DNA of 64,000 nt, from assembly GCA_942492345.1 (NCBI GenBank), contig CALOEK010000001.1, positions 89,758 through 153,757 of the forward strand, given 5' to 3'. Position 1 is the stretch's first letter. Each line of letters begins with the position of its first letter. The position numbers and the translations under genes were made by a program. Under the pieces are notes generated by a model, which saw nothing but the letters and a program-made list of their open reading frames with translations, made no database searches and had not been told where the DNA came from. Of the stretch, positions 9,248-18,557 are shown piece by piece. This DNA is from an uncultured Gammaproteobacteria bacterium. GTDB lineage: Bacteria; Pseudomonadota; Gammaproteobacteria; Pseudomonadales; IMCC2047.

Positions 9248-10138
9248 ATGTCTTATATTGAATCCCCCGTCGTTTTTGCGTGCAATGAAATGCATTTACT
9301 AGGTATTACCCACCATGGTGATCAAGCTGCTCAGCGTGGTGTTGTGATCGTTGTGGGTGGGCCTCAGTACCGTGTTGGTAGCCATCGGCAATTTTTACTG
9401 CTTGCCAGGGGTTTGGCTGAACAGGGTATCCCTGTTTTTCGTTTTGACTGTCGAGGTATGGGGGATGGCGAGGGGAAATTCCCCGGTTTTGAAGCTATCG
9501 ACGATGATATTAGTGCCGCGATCAATGCATTTTGTGAAGAGGTTCCCAGCTTAAAAGAAATTGTTATCTGGGGGCTCTGTGATGGTGCTTCAGCGGCTAG
9601 TTTCTACGCACATAAAGATGAACGAGTTACGGGCTTAATTCTCGTTAATCCCTGGATAAGAACTGAGCAGGGCGAGGCGAAAGCTTATTTGAAACACTAT
9701 TATTTTAGACGTTTAGTAGACAAAGCATTCTGGACCAAGGTGTTTTCTGGGAAGTTTGAATTTAGTTCATCGGTGCGTTCATTATTGGGTATGTGCAAGC
9801 GGATCTTCTTAAGAGTGCCAGAGCCAATATCTGAAAATGATGCTGAAGACGCTTTTACCACCGAGATAAATATAAAAAGTCATCAGTTATCACTACCGGA
9901 ACGTTTTTATCAAGGACTTAAAGCTTTCTCTAATCCCATACTCTTGATTACCAGCGGTAATGATTTGACCGCGGCCGAATTTTTAGATGTGATTAATAGA
10001 GATAAACCCTGGCGAAAATTGTCGAGTGTAGATAGCTTTCATCATGAAACCCTGCCTGAGGCTGATCATACTTTCTCAAAAAGAGAATCTATGGATGAGG
10101 CGATAGCAATAACGTTAACTTGGTTAAAGGCATATTAA
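9248..10138 (+). CDS. Alpha/beta-fold protein, 'hydrolase 1, exosortase A system-associated' type
   Basis: 296 aa with VVIVVGGPQYRVGSHRQFLLLARGLAEQGIPVFRFDCRGMGDGEG. The nucleophile elbow is IWGLCDGASAA (Cys). Candidate Asp is in SGNDLT and candidate His in EADHTFS. Confidence 0.78.
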   Translation: MSYIESPVVFACNEMHLLGITHHGDQAAQRGVVIVVGGPQYRVGSHRQFLLLARGLAEQGIPVFRFDCRGMGDGEGKFPGFEAIDDDISAAINAFCEEVPSLKEIVIWGLCDGASAASFYAHKDERVTGLILVNPWIRTEQGEAKAYLKHYYFRRLVDKAFWTKVFSGKFEFSSSVRSLLGMCKRIFLRVPEPISENDAEDAFTTEINIKSHQLSLPERFYQGLKAFSNPILLITSGNDLTAAEFLDVINRDKPWRKLSSVDSFHHETLPEADHTFSKRESMDEAIAITLTWLKAY

Positions 10139-10156
10139 AAAGGAGTTTCAAAAGAA

Positions 10157-11446
10157 GTGTCAATTCTTGAGCCGATTCTGTGGTGTGTTTTTAGGTTTAT
10201 CAATGTAATTGCAGATTTGAAGCAAAGGGTGCCTCTCAACCCTGAGCCTAATATATATTATCCCAACGCCTATGAATTCGTGTCGGATGACCACCTCTGG
10301 ATTTTTTGTTCAACGATTGGCGAGTTAAATGCCTGCAAGCCTTTAATTCAAGAGATTAGCCAGGATAGAAAGCTGGTTTTGTTGACTGATCGTAATTGTT
10401 ATAAAGAGGCTTACTTGCAACATTTCCCAAATGCAGTTGTGGTCGAATTATCTGGGCAGTCTGCTGAGGGGCGTGTGCTTTTAAAGCAGCTTTCACCGAG
10501 TGAAATCATTGTCTGTGAAATCCCCTGTACTCCTCATGATGCGCCCTGTCGTTTATCTTATGGCCTGCTAAGAGAAGCGAAAAAAAATGGCATTAAAATT
10601 AGTTTGGTCAACGGTTGGCTCTATCATTACCCACCCTCATGCAAAGTAGATGCAATTGAAAGGTGGTTGTTTAACCGATTTTACATCCAATTATTTGACT
10701 TGATGGTTGTGCAAACAGAGTCTGTACGGCAAGAGTTAATTCGATTGGGTGGAGAGGGTGAAAAAATTAAGGTTGGCGGAAACATAAAATTTGATAGTTT
10801 GAGCGACGCTAGCGTTCAGGTAAGAGATGATGTAAGTAAATTGATCTTAACAACATTTACCGCTGCCAAATATCCCGTAATCGTCGCAGGTTGTGTGATT
10901 GATATTTTGGAATTCGAATTACTTTTAGGGGCTTATCTACAGCTTCTAGAAAAGCGTCCAGATGTTCGTCTTGTTCTTGCACCACGGCACCCTGAGAATA
11001 ATGTGCAAATGTTGGATTTACGGAAACTGCTTTCAAATTCAGAGGTGGCTTTTTGTTTTAAATCTGAGCAATCTTGCGAAATTTTGGAACAGAGGCTCAA
11101 TTCGTTACAGGTATTGGTTCTTGATACGATTGGCGAATTAAGAGGGTACTATTCGTGCGGGGATGTTTGTTACGTAGGTCGTGATCATAATATTTTGGAG
11201 CCGCTAGCTTTTGGGAAGCCTGTAGTTGTATCTGGGGAGTGGGAAACAACTTATCCTAGCTACCCTGTTTATGAGGTTACAAAAAAAGAAAACCTTATTC
11301 GTGAAGTTGATAATGTTCAGTTGATGGAGGCTTCTTTTGATGCATTACTGGAAGCAACAGGAGTTGAAGAAAAGATTCTTCGCGCATCTTTGGTTAAATT
11401 AACAGGCTGCAAAGAAAAGACGCTTGGCTTTTTAAAACACTATTAG
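10157..11446 (+). CDS. Kdo-transferase-like (WaaA/KdtA family) glycosyltransferase
   Basis: 429 aa. It matches WaaA landmarks LWIFCSTIGELNACKPLIQEI, LVLAPRHPE and VLDTIGELRGYY. GTG start. Confidence 0.7.
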   Translation: MSILEPILWCVFRFINVIADLKQRVPLNPEPNIYYPNAYEFVSDDHLWIFCSTIGELNACKPLIQEISQDRKLVLLTDRNCYKEAYLQHFPNAVVVELSGQSAEGRVLLKQLSPSEIIVCEIPCTPHDAPCRLSYGLLREAKKNGIKISLVNGWLYHYPPSCKVDAIERWLFNRFYIQLFDLMVVQTESVRQELIRLGGEGEKIKVGGNIKFDSLSDASVQVRDDVSKLILTTFTAAKYPVIVAGCVIDILEFELLLGAYLQLLEKRPDVRLVLAPRHPENNVQMLDLRKLLSNSEVAFCFKSEQSCEILEQRLNSLQVLVLDTIGELRGYYSCGDVCYVGRDHNILEPLAFGKPVVVSGEWETTYPSYPVYEVTKKENLIREVDNVQLMEASFDALLEATGVEEKILRASLVKLTGCKEKTLGFLKHY

Positions 11447-11456
11447 GATAGTTTGG

Positions 11457-12443
11457 ATGAAAACGCTAGAAGTAATAATGCCCTGTTTTAATTCAAAGCC
11501 AGAGTTTTTTAAGGTTGCAGTTGAATCGGTTGATTCAGCACGGACTTCGCTTGCTGTGGTAGGTGTAAAGTTGAATTTATGTATTGTTGATGATGCCTCT
11601 AACAGTGAAAGTACAAAGAAATTTTTATCAAATATAAATAAACAATACTCATGGATAACGGTTCATTACCTACAGGAAAATCATGGGGCATCGGGGGCCA
11701 GAAATTATGCTCTTGAAAATACAGATTCGGAATGGGTTGCCTTTTTGGATTCTGACGATTACTGGTTGTCTGGCGGAATAAACTTGTTATGCGAGCATAT
11801 GCTGAAAGATAACACTATTGAATGGGCTTCAGGTGATTTCTATATTCAACACAGTGGAGGTGATGTTGAAACACAAAGTTTTTATCCTCAAAACCCTTCA
11901 AGGTATCAGTTTCTCGCTGATGCTTATAAAACAGAGAAGCCAATACGATTAATTAGGCCTGTCTTTGAATTTCTTGAAGGTTCTTTATGTTCAATGGGGA
12001 GTTGTGTCATCTCAAAAGCTTTACTTCAACGAGCTGGCTATTTTGATCTGAGTTTGAAGAAAGGAGTTGATACTGAATTATATTGGCGTTTGGCTAAAGA
12101 GTCAGATTTGGTTTTTTTGCCGCAGCCTATTTTTGTATATAGAAGATATGAAGGTACTCTATCTTCGGATGGGCGGCGTATTTCAGATTGGGAACCTGAA
12201 GTTTTAGAAAAAATGTTGTCGGCACCGGAATGGGGCTCTTATACGCTTTATTTGAAGCGAAGGTATATAAGAACATTAATGAATCTAAGTGCTCTTGAGA
12301 GTGAGTCTGGGCATGTACTTCAAGCATTAACCTTTTCTTTAAAGGCTCTTAAATTAAGACCTTATGGCTACAGAGTATGGAAAAACCTGTTTGATAATTT
12401 TGTCATCTTCTTAAAATCAAAGCGCTCTGGGACAGTGGCTTGA
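11457..12443 (+). CDS. Family-2 glycosyltransferase
   Basis: 328 aa with VIMPCFNS, DDASNSES and the DxD motif AFLDSDD. Confidence 0.8.
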   Translation: MKTLEVIMPCFNSKPEFFKVAVESVDSARTSLAVVGVKLNLCIVDDASNSESTKKFLSNINKQYSWITVHYLQENHGASGARNYALENTDSEWVAFLDSDDYWLSGGINLLCEHMLKDNTIEWASGDFYIQHSGGDVETQSFYPQNPSRYQFLADAYKTEKPIRLIRPVFEFLEGSLCSMGSCVISKALLQRAGYFDLSLKKGVDTELYWRLAKESDLVFLPQPIFVYRRYEGTLSSDGRRISDWEPEVLEKMLSAPEWGSYTLYLKRRYIRTLMNLSALESESGHVLQALTFSLKALKLRPYGYRVWKNLFDNFVIFLKSKRSGTVA

Positions 12444-12477
12444 TGGAGTTGTTATTTAAACGTTCAGATGAGTTCCG

Positions 12478-13926
12478 TTAAATATTTGTTGGTTTTCTAG
12501 TTATCTTTTTTATTTCATTTATTAGTAGATAAAGAGTTTCATGCTTTAGCAGTATTGAGGCGGCGATCCATCCAAGTAAGGCTGCGATGGAGACGTAAAT
12601 AATTGAGATGATCATGGGTAAATTGTCAGCTAGTAAATGCTGCGTTAAGGACGCACTAGCGAACACTGCTGTTAAGATGACTAAATTTATTAAATGAATT
12701 TTAATAATGTCTTGCCAACGTACTTTCATCTTGAATAGAAATCTTGGCGTCAAGAATAATAGCCTGGTTACAGTTAATAAGAAAAAAGAGCATACCAAAG
12801 TGTATAGCCCCATCTCTACAAATATTAAGACTAGTGCTACGCGTGTAATGAACTGAAAAAGTATAAAGTTGAAAATAAATTTCACATCTTGGCAAACATG
12901 TAGAATTTTTTCGGCTAAAGGTAAAAAGCTATTACATATCATAAATAGAGCGTAAATACGGACAATTTCCACCGAATTCCCCCATTGGTCTCCATACAAG
13001 GTGAAAATAATTTCTTCCGCCAGAATGTATACAAGTATGTAAAAGGGCCACGAGATGCTAGTAAGTATGTTCATGACTGAGCAAACTTTTTTACTTAGTT
13101 CAGCATCATCGCTTCTGTTTAAACTGGAAATATAAGGTTGGAGTACTGGAGTAAATGCAGTGAGGATAAGCGTTGAAAAAAGGTTGCAGGTGGAAGCAGC
13201 TTTAGAAAAAAATGCCAGATGTTCAGGTGATAGTTGTTTAGCAATAATGAATTCTGAGAAAGTCTCTTGCAACTTGTCGATTATATAAGACCCACTTACA
13301 AGTGAACTGAATTTTGTGATTTCTACGATATTTTTGAAGTTGAATCGATAATTTCCCCAAGATGTATGAGGCATAGTCATAACAACGGTCGTGGCTGTTC
13401 CTACGACAGAAGCTACTGCCAATGATGTGACGCCTCCGCCCATGAAGGCAATTGTCAGCAGTGCCGAAACACGAAGTATGGTGCTGGCGACATCAATGAC
13501 CATAAGCTTGTCAAAGAGCATTTCACGTTTTAAAAGGGATAGAGTAAACGTGCCGAAGGGGATTAGTAGGAAATTGATGGCCAGAATTTTTATTAAAATT
13601 GAAATAGAGTCATTGTTAAAGTAAGAAGCAATAAACGATGAGGAAAAATAGTAACCGAGAGCTATAGTCCAGCAAAGTATAAGCGAAATCGTAAAGCAGC
13701 TTTGTATTTTTGAAGTGGTGAGTTCTTTCTCTTGTACGATGTAAAGAGAAAGCCCGAAATCACGGAGTAGCTGGCCTATAACGATGCTTGCGGCAGCTAG
13801 AGAGTAGATGCCAATTTCTCCGGGCGTCAGAATTCGTGATATAACCATTACCGATATAAAATCAACGAGAAGAGACGTGTATTTTCCAGCAAATGAAAAG
13901 AATAAAGCACGCTTAAAAGTTGCCAA
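12478..13926 (-). CDS. Polysaccharide flippase (Wzx/MOP family)
   Basis: 482 aa, hydrophobic throughout with many predicted helices. The N-terminus FAGKYTSLLVDFISVMVISRILTPGEIGIYS is Wzx-like. The coding sequence is very AT-rich. Confidence 0.8.
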   Translation of the reverse strand: MATFKRALFFSFAGKYTSLLVDFISVMVISRILTPGEIGIYSLAAASIVIGQLLRDFGLSLYIVQEKELTTSKIQSCFTISLILCWTIALGYYFSSSFIASYFNNDSISILIKILAINFLLIPFGTFTLSLLKREMLFDKLMVIDVASTILRVSALLTIAFMGGGVTSLAVASVVGTATTVVMTMPHTSWGNYRFNFKNIVEITKFSSLVSGSYIIDKLQETFSEFIIAKQLSPEHLAFFSKAASTCNLFSTLILTAFTPVLQPYISSLNRSDDAELSKKVCSVMNILTSISWPFYILVYILAEEIIFTLYGDQWGNSVEIVRIYALFMICNSFLPLAEKILHVCQDVKFIFNFILFQFITRVALVLIFVEMGLYTLVCSFFLLTVTRLLFLTPRFLFKMKVRWQDIIKIHLINLVILTAVFASASLTQHLLADNLPMIISIIYVSIAALLGWIAASILLKHETLYLLINEIKKITRKPTNI

Positions 13927-14058
13927 TTAGTTTTCCTGTTCGATTATTAAGTAGTAAGGGCTATTCTTAGCTAGAGTTAGTGAGGTTGGCAGAGGATAGG
14001 TCGGATTACAAACGTAAAAGCTTCTATTCTCCAAGTCAGGGATTATTTGTAATTAATT

Positions 14059-15048
14059 ATGATTAAACAAGTAGATAAAAAAATTATTGGTGTGGGTAAG
14101 GAATCCCTCATGATGGGAGCAAATTCTTTGATGGATTTGTCGCAGGGCTTGGGCAAAGAATATCTCGAAGCTATTGCACTGTTGGCTGGCTGTAAAGGAC
14201 TTATATTAACTACGGGTGTAGGGAAGTCTGGCTATGTGGCTCAAAAGCTTGCTGCAACGCTAACAAGCACAGGAAAACCCTCTTCCTTTTTGTGTCCATC
14301 CAACGCGCTACATGGTGATTTGGGTATAGTCATGCCTGGGAGTGCATTGATTGTTGTTAGTTTTAGTGGTGAAACTCAAGAATTGCTCGCGCTCATGCCA
14401 TCGTTAAGGCAGCGCCAGACGAAAATCATCAGTATCACCGGGTATCCTGATTCTCAGCTTGCAAAGATGGCGACTGTATCCTTAATAGCCAACGTGCATA
14501 AAGAAGCGTGTCCGCTAAACTTGGCGCCTACTACGAGTATTATTGCTGCACTTGGTTTGGCTGATGCTTTGGCTGTTGGACTAATGGTGTTCAGCAATTA
14601 TAAGGCGGAAGAGTTTGCAGTTAATCACCCGGCAGGTAGCTTGGGGCGGAGACTTACAGTCACAGTAGGTGATTTAATGAGTCATGATAATGATGGTTTT
14701 ATTGTCGGTGAGACCGAATCATTTAAGGAAATTCTTGCAGCTATAACTCATTGTAAACTAGGTGCTGTTTGCGTTGGTGATGATAAAAAACGTCTTATAG
14801 GTATTATCACTGACGGGGATATTAGACGGGCTCTCCAGAAATATTCTTTTGTTGATTTAGAAAAAGTGACAGCTGCCGGGTTGATGACTGTCAATCCGAC
14901 CGTAACTTTTAAGAATATGTTGGCGGTTGATGCACTTAATGAAATGGAGTTAAGGAACTCTCAGATATCCGTCTTACCCGTTGTGGATAGAAATCAAACA
15001 GTGCAGGGTATTGTAAGGGTTCATGACATTGTGAGGGCTGGAATTTAG
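14059..15048 (+). CDS. kpsF: Arabinose-5-phosphate isomerase (KpsF/GutQ family)
   Basis: 329 aa. SIS domain (LTTGVGKSGYVAQKLAATLTSTGKPSSFL, SFSGETQE) plus two C-terminal CBS repeats. Confidence 0.85.
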   Translation: MIKQVDKKIIGVGKESLMMGANSLMDLSQGLGKEYLEAIALLAGCKGLILTTGVGKSGYVAQKLAATLTSTGKPSSFLCPSNALHGDLGIVMPGSALIVVSFSGETQELLALMPSLRQRQTKIISITGYPDSQLAKMATVSLIANVHKEACPLNLAPTTSIIAALGLADALAVGLMVFSNYKAEEFAVNHPAGSLGRRLTVTVGDLMSHDNDGFIVGETESFKEILAAITHCKLGAVCVGDDKKRLIGIITDGDIRRALQKYSFVDLEKVTAAGLMTVNPTVTFKNMLAVDALNEMELRNSQISVLPVVDRNQTVQGIVRVHDIVRAGI

Positions 15049-15162
15049 AATAGTATTTATCGCAACGGACTCATTTTGGTTAGCAAATAGTGATGGCTTA
15101 TGATGGTGCTATTACTATTATTACTGGGGACCTTGTTCGCTAAACGCACGCTCCACGGAGCT

Positions 15163-16137
15163 TTAGCTAAATGGTTTTTTTGCGGCAATCGCGAAAATTC
15201 CTATACCTGAATTTTTCCACTTGGCTGCCTCTGCCAGTTTAAGATGTTTACGGATGAGCTGCGCTGATTTGAAAGGCGACTTTATGATTTTTTGTATAAG
15301 TTGAATTCTTGAGGGGCCAGCATAATCGATAGTATTGTTAACATTTGGCCTAAGCACTTTCGAAGAAATTATAAAGTCTGTGAATCCGGCTTTTAACAAT
15401 ATCTTCTTGATCGAGTCTGGTGAGAAATACCATTTGTGATCTAGTTGATACATCCAATGATTGACGCCCCCTTCAGCCCTAGAAGCACTTTTATAGTTGC
15501 CTGTCTCTATTATAAGCCAGCCACCTTTTTTTAGAAGGTGCTTGGCGGTCAAGATTTGTTCGAACGGCTCAGTCATGTGTTCGATAACATCCCACATTGT
15601 TATAACGTCAAAATTAGTGTCATTGGGGATTTTATCAGTGTTTCCTCTGATTGGAATTATCATGGGGTGTTTTTGAAGATTATTAATCTCTAGTGCAGGA
15701 TCGAGTGCGGTTACATGCCAATTATTTTCAGCGGCCACTAATGAAAATACCCCTGAACCCGCACCTATATCTAATAATGAACCGCGTGGTATTGGTAATT
15801 CAGATAAGAATTCATACTCTAATTCAGCGATTTTTCGTTTATAGCTTGGGCTAAAGTATTCTGATACGGTTTGGCCTTTATCTGCGTACGCGGTTTCAAA
15901 ATGTTGAACGCTCTGTTGTTCGTTATGTGAAAAAGGGTATTGCCAGGCAAAAATACAATCGTTGCACTCAATAACATTTATCAGGGATGGACTTGCCGCA
16001 TCAGATGCTTTTGCTTTAAAAAAATGCAATTTATCGGAACCGCATATTAAGCATTTTTTGTCTTGCGGAATAAAGTCGGAGCTGGCCATGTCATTTTCCT
16101 TTGGGGCTGAAGAATCCTTGTTTGCTAAACTGGGCAT
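15163..16137 (-). CDS. Class I SAM-dependent methyltransferase with an N-terminal Cys4 ribbon
   Basis: 324 aa with SAM motif I LLDIGAGSGVFS. The N-terminus carries CLICGS...ECNDC. An alternative start lies at Met17. Confidence 0.8.
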   Translation of the reverse strand: MPSLANKDSSAPKENDMASSDFIPQDKKCLICGSDKLHFFKAKASDAASPSLINVIECNDCIFAWQYPFSHNEQQSVQHFETAYADKGQTVSEYFSPSYKRKIAELEYEFLSELPIPRGSLLDIGAGSGVFSLVAAENNWHVTALDPALEINNLQKHPMIIPIRGNTDKIPNDTNFDVITMWDVIEHMTEPFEQILTAKHLLKKGGWLIIETGNYKSASRAEGGVNHWMYQLDHKWYFSPDSIKKILLKAGFTDFIISSKVLRPNVNNTIDYAGPSRIQLIQKIIKSPFKSAQLIRKHLKLAEAAKWKNSGIGIFAIAAKKPFS

Positions 16138-16320
16138 TGTTTTTGTCGGTGGAAGTTGTAGATGTTATTTTACTAACTTGCAGTTTAATAGAAATTTTTT
16201 TGATATGTTGGTTAGTGATATAACCAGCATTTATTATTTCGGTAGCCTTCTTCTTTGGGGGAGTAGATACCGTAGGTATTATTTTTCATTATCGTAGCGT
16301 TTCAATAAGGATTTTTGTGA

Positions 16321-17247
16321 ATGGCAACAAATAGAACTTTTGCGGTGGTTATACCTACTTATAGGCGCCCTGATTTGTTGAGTAGATTACTTGATAGCCT
16401 TGTTGAAGCGATTCATCCAGTAAGCATGCTTGAGGTGATAGTTGTTGAAAATGGAGACAGTCATGACGCTGAATCCGTGGTTAAATTTTATATAGATAAA
16501 ATAAAACTCAGGTATATATATATTTCTGAACCGAGTGTATCCAAAGCGAGAAATGCGGGAATTAAAGCAACAAATGCCGACCACTATATCTTCTTTGATA
16601 ATGATGTGCGATTGGGGCGTGAAACGCTGGTAGCTTATGACGATGCATTTCAACGAAATAGTAACGGTCATTTTTTTGGTGGTCAGTTACTTATCGATTA
16701 TGAGGATGTTCCATCTCCATGGCTTTTACCATATTTACCTTGTTCGGCTAGAGGCTTTAACCTTGGGCAGGATCAGGAGCTGTCAGAACCAATCCTGCTA
16801 GGTGGAAATTTCTCATTATCTGCCGAGCAAATTAGGCGAGTTGGGTTGTTTGATGAGCAGTGTGCGGTAGGAGAGAACGGTGGTTTTATGGGCGAAGAAA
16901 CGCGTATTCAGCGGGAGTTATTGACTCAGGGTTGCACAGGACTTTATCTGCACGATGCGGTTGTTTGGCATTACGTGCCTAAAGACCGGTGTTCTGCCGA
17001 ATGGATGTTGAAAAGAAGTTATCGGCATGGGCTAACTGAAGCGAGTCAAATATCGCTTCAAAATTATGACGGAAAATTACTTTTTAATATCCCTAGATGG
17101 ATACTAGTTCGATTTTTAATATCACTTTCAGAATGCTGGATTCATCATCCATTTGCAGATGAAAAAACGCGTTTCAAATATCGTAACACGTACAGCATAG
17201 CGAAAGGTATGCTGTATTATTTTCTAGGAAAACATAGGGTTAAATAG
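16321..17247 (+). CDS. Family-2 glycosyltransferase
   Basis: 308 aa with AVVIPTYRRPDLL, VVENGDS and IFFDNDV (DxD). Confidence 0.8.
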   Translation: MATNRTFAVVIPTYRRPDLLSRLLDSLVEAIHPVSMLEVIVVENGDSHDAESVVKFYIDKIKLRYIYISEPSVSKARNAGIKATNADHYIFFDNDVRLGRETLVAYDDAFQRNSNGHFFGGQLLIDYEDVPSPWLLPYLPCSARGFNLGQDQELSEPILLGGNFSLSAEQIRRVGLFDEQCAVGENGGFMGEETRIQRELLTQGCTGLYLHDAVVWHYVPKDRCSAEWMLKRSYRHGLTEASQISLQNYDGKLLFNIPRWILVRFLISLSECWIHHPFADEKTRFKYRNTYSIAKGMLYYFLGKHRVK

Positions 17248-17282
17248 GGCACTAGGTTTGTGGGGGCTATTCAGGGTTTACT

Positions 17283-18302
17283 TCATCCCCCCAACAGTTG
17301 TTTTATAGACTTAACTATTGGTGTATTGTAATAGGTTAAATGATACATAACCCGTTCATCTTCTGTGAGCTTTTTATGCCACTGCATTGATGGACCATAA
17401 AATTCGATGGATTTAAGGCCGGTTTTTGAACAGTGCGCTATGCCGTCTACATGAAGGCTGAAAGCAGGGGAATATCGCTGCCAGGGTTCGGCATAGGTGG
17501 TTTTTAAAATAAAGATGGTGCTGCCGTCATCAATACAAAGATCTGTTGCTACTAACTCTTCATCGAAAAAATAACGCCATATTTGGCATTGTTCGGGCGC
17601 GAAAGCAGACAACATATCCGTGTAATACTTACCCTGGTTGTTGTCGATGTGGATAGCCGTGCCGGTTTCATTTTTCCAGCCTTCACTTTCTAGTTTTCCG
17701 TAATTTACAACGCCAGAGCGAATATCTTCAACGCAAGATTTCACTTCAAAGCGTATTTCTTTACCTTCTTTTTCTAAGCGGCGTTTTGCTTTGCCAACGC
17801 TAGTTCGCACGTTTTTACTTCGAGACTGCCAATAGTTTTCAAAATCTTCGGGGATATCAAGGCGTGCGGTGGTGATGTAATCCAGCGTTGAAAAGTATTT
17901 GTTTTCCTCTGGACGTGGAAGTAGCTGTGGATCTTGCTGGGTAATGCTTATGGTCAGAACCATGCCGGGCAGAGTTTTAGCTAACTTTTTATAGAAGGAG
18001 CTGTCGTGAAAATGGGCCGGTTGGCATAGCCACATACCCAACGGGGCTTGTGAAGGCTGAAAGGTTTGCCACTGCCCAAAGCCTTTCTTTGAAAGAATGC
18101 TTGCTGCGACAAGTTCTTGTTTCTGGTGTGCTAGAGCAATCACCATTTCTTTGTCAGCGAAGTGCTTTATCAACGGGCTAATGAACCGGGGATCAAGTAG
18201 AAGGGTATTAGCTGTATTTTTATTTAGGTTTTGCCATTGACCTGAAATTTCAATGAAGTATTCAATAGGGTGAATTGTCCACTGAAGCGATAGTTCTGCC
18301 AT
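17283..18302 (-). CDS. GNAT-fold acyltransferase, FemAB/CelD/BioF2-like (PEP-CTERM-locus type)
   Basis: 339 aa. Its size and overall pattern resemble the Acetyltransf_6/FemAB-related proteins of XrtA loci. Assignment is by resemblance only. Confidence 0.55.
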   Translation of the reverse strand: MAELSLQWTIHPIEYFIEISGQWQNLNKNTANTLLLDPRFISPLIKHFADKEMVIALAHQKQELVAASILSKKGFGQWQTFQPSQAPLGMWLCQPAHFHDSSFYKKLAKTLPGMVLTISITQQDPQLLPRPEENKYFSTLDYITTARLDIPEDFENYWQSRSKNVRTSVGKAKRRLEKEGKEIRFEVKSCVEDIRSGVVNYGKLESEGWKNETGTAIHIDNNQGKYYTDMLSAFAPEQCQIWRYFFDEELVATDLCIDDGSTIFILKTTYAEPWQRYSPAFSLHVDGIAHCSKTGLKSIEFYGPSMQWHKKLTEDERVMYHLTYYNTPIVKSIKQLLGG

Positions 18303-18557
18303 TATTTATGTTGTCTTTTTTAGTGATGGGCAGGCTAGCATTTGGCTAGCAGTTTGGGTGTAATCAAGTGTGTACTTAATTCTAGTGGAACAGACCTTTT
18401 ATGCACGTAATTTGATTAAATTAATGCCTGTTTGTAATGGTTTTTAAATTTTTCTGTCTCGCGGGTAAGAGTCGCTTCATAATGATTTTGTGGTTAGTGT
18501 GTTATGTATAACTGTTCATCAGACTTTAGATGGATAATTTCAAATTAAGGAGTAGGT

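Noticed and set aside
15962-16297. 111-aa plus-strand ORF spanning the methyltransferase 5' end and the divergent spacer
   Set aside because: It overlaps the methyltransferase coding region in antisense and continues into an AT-rich promoter region. It has no motif or SD.
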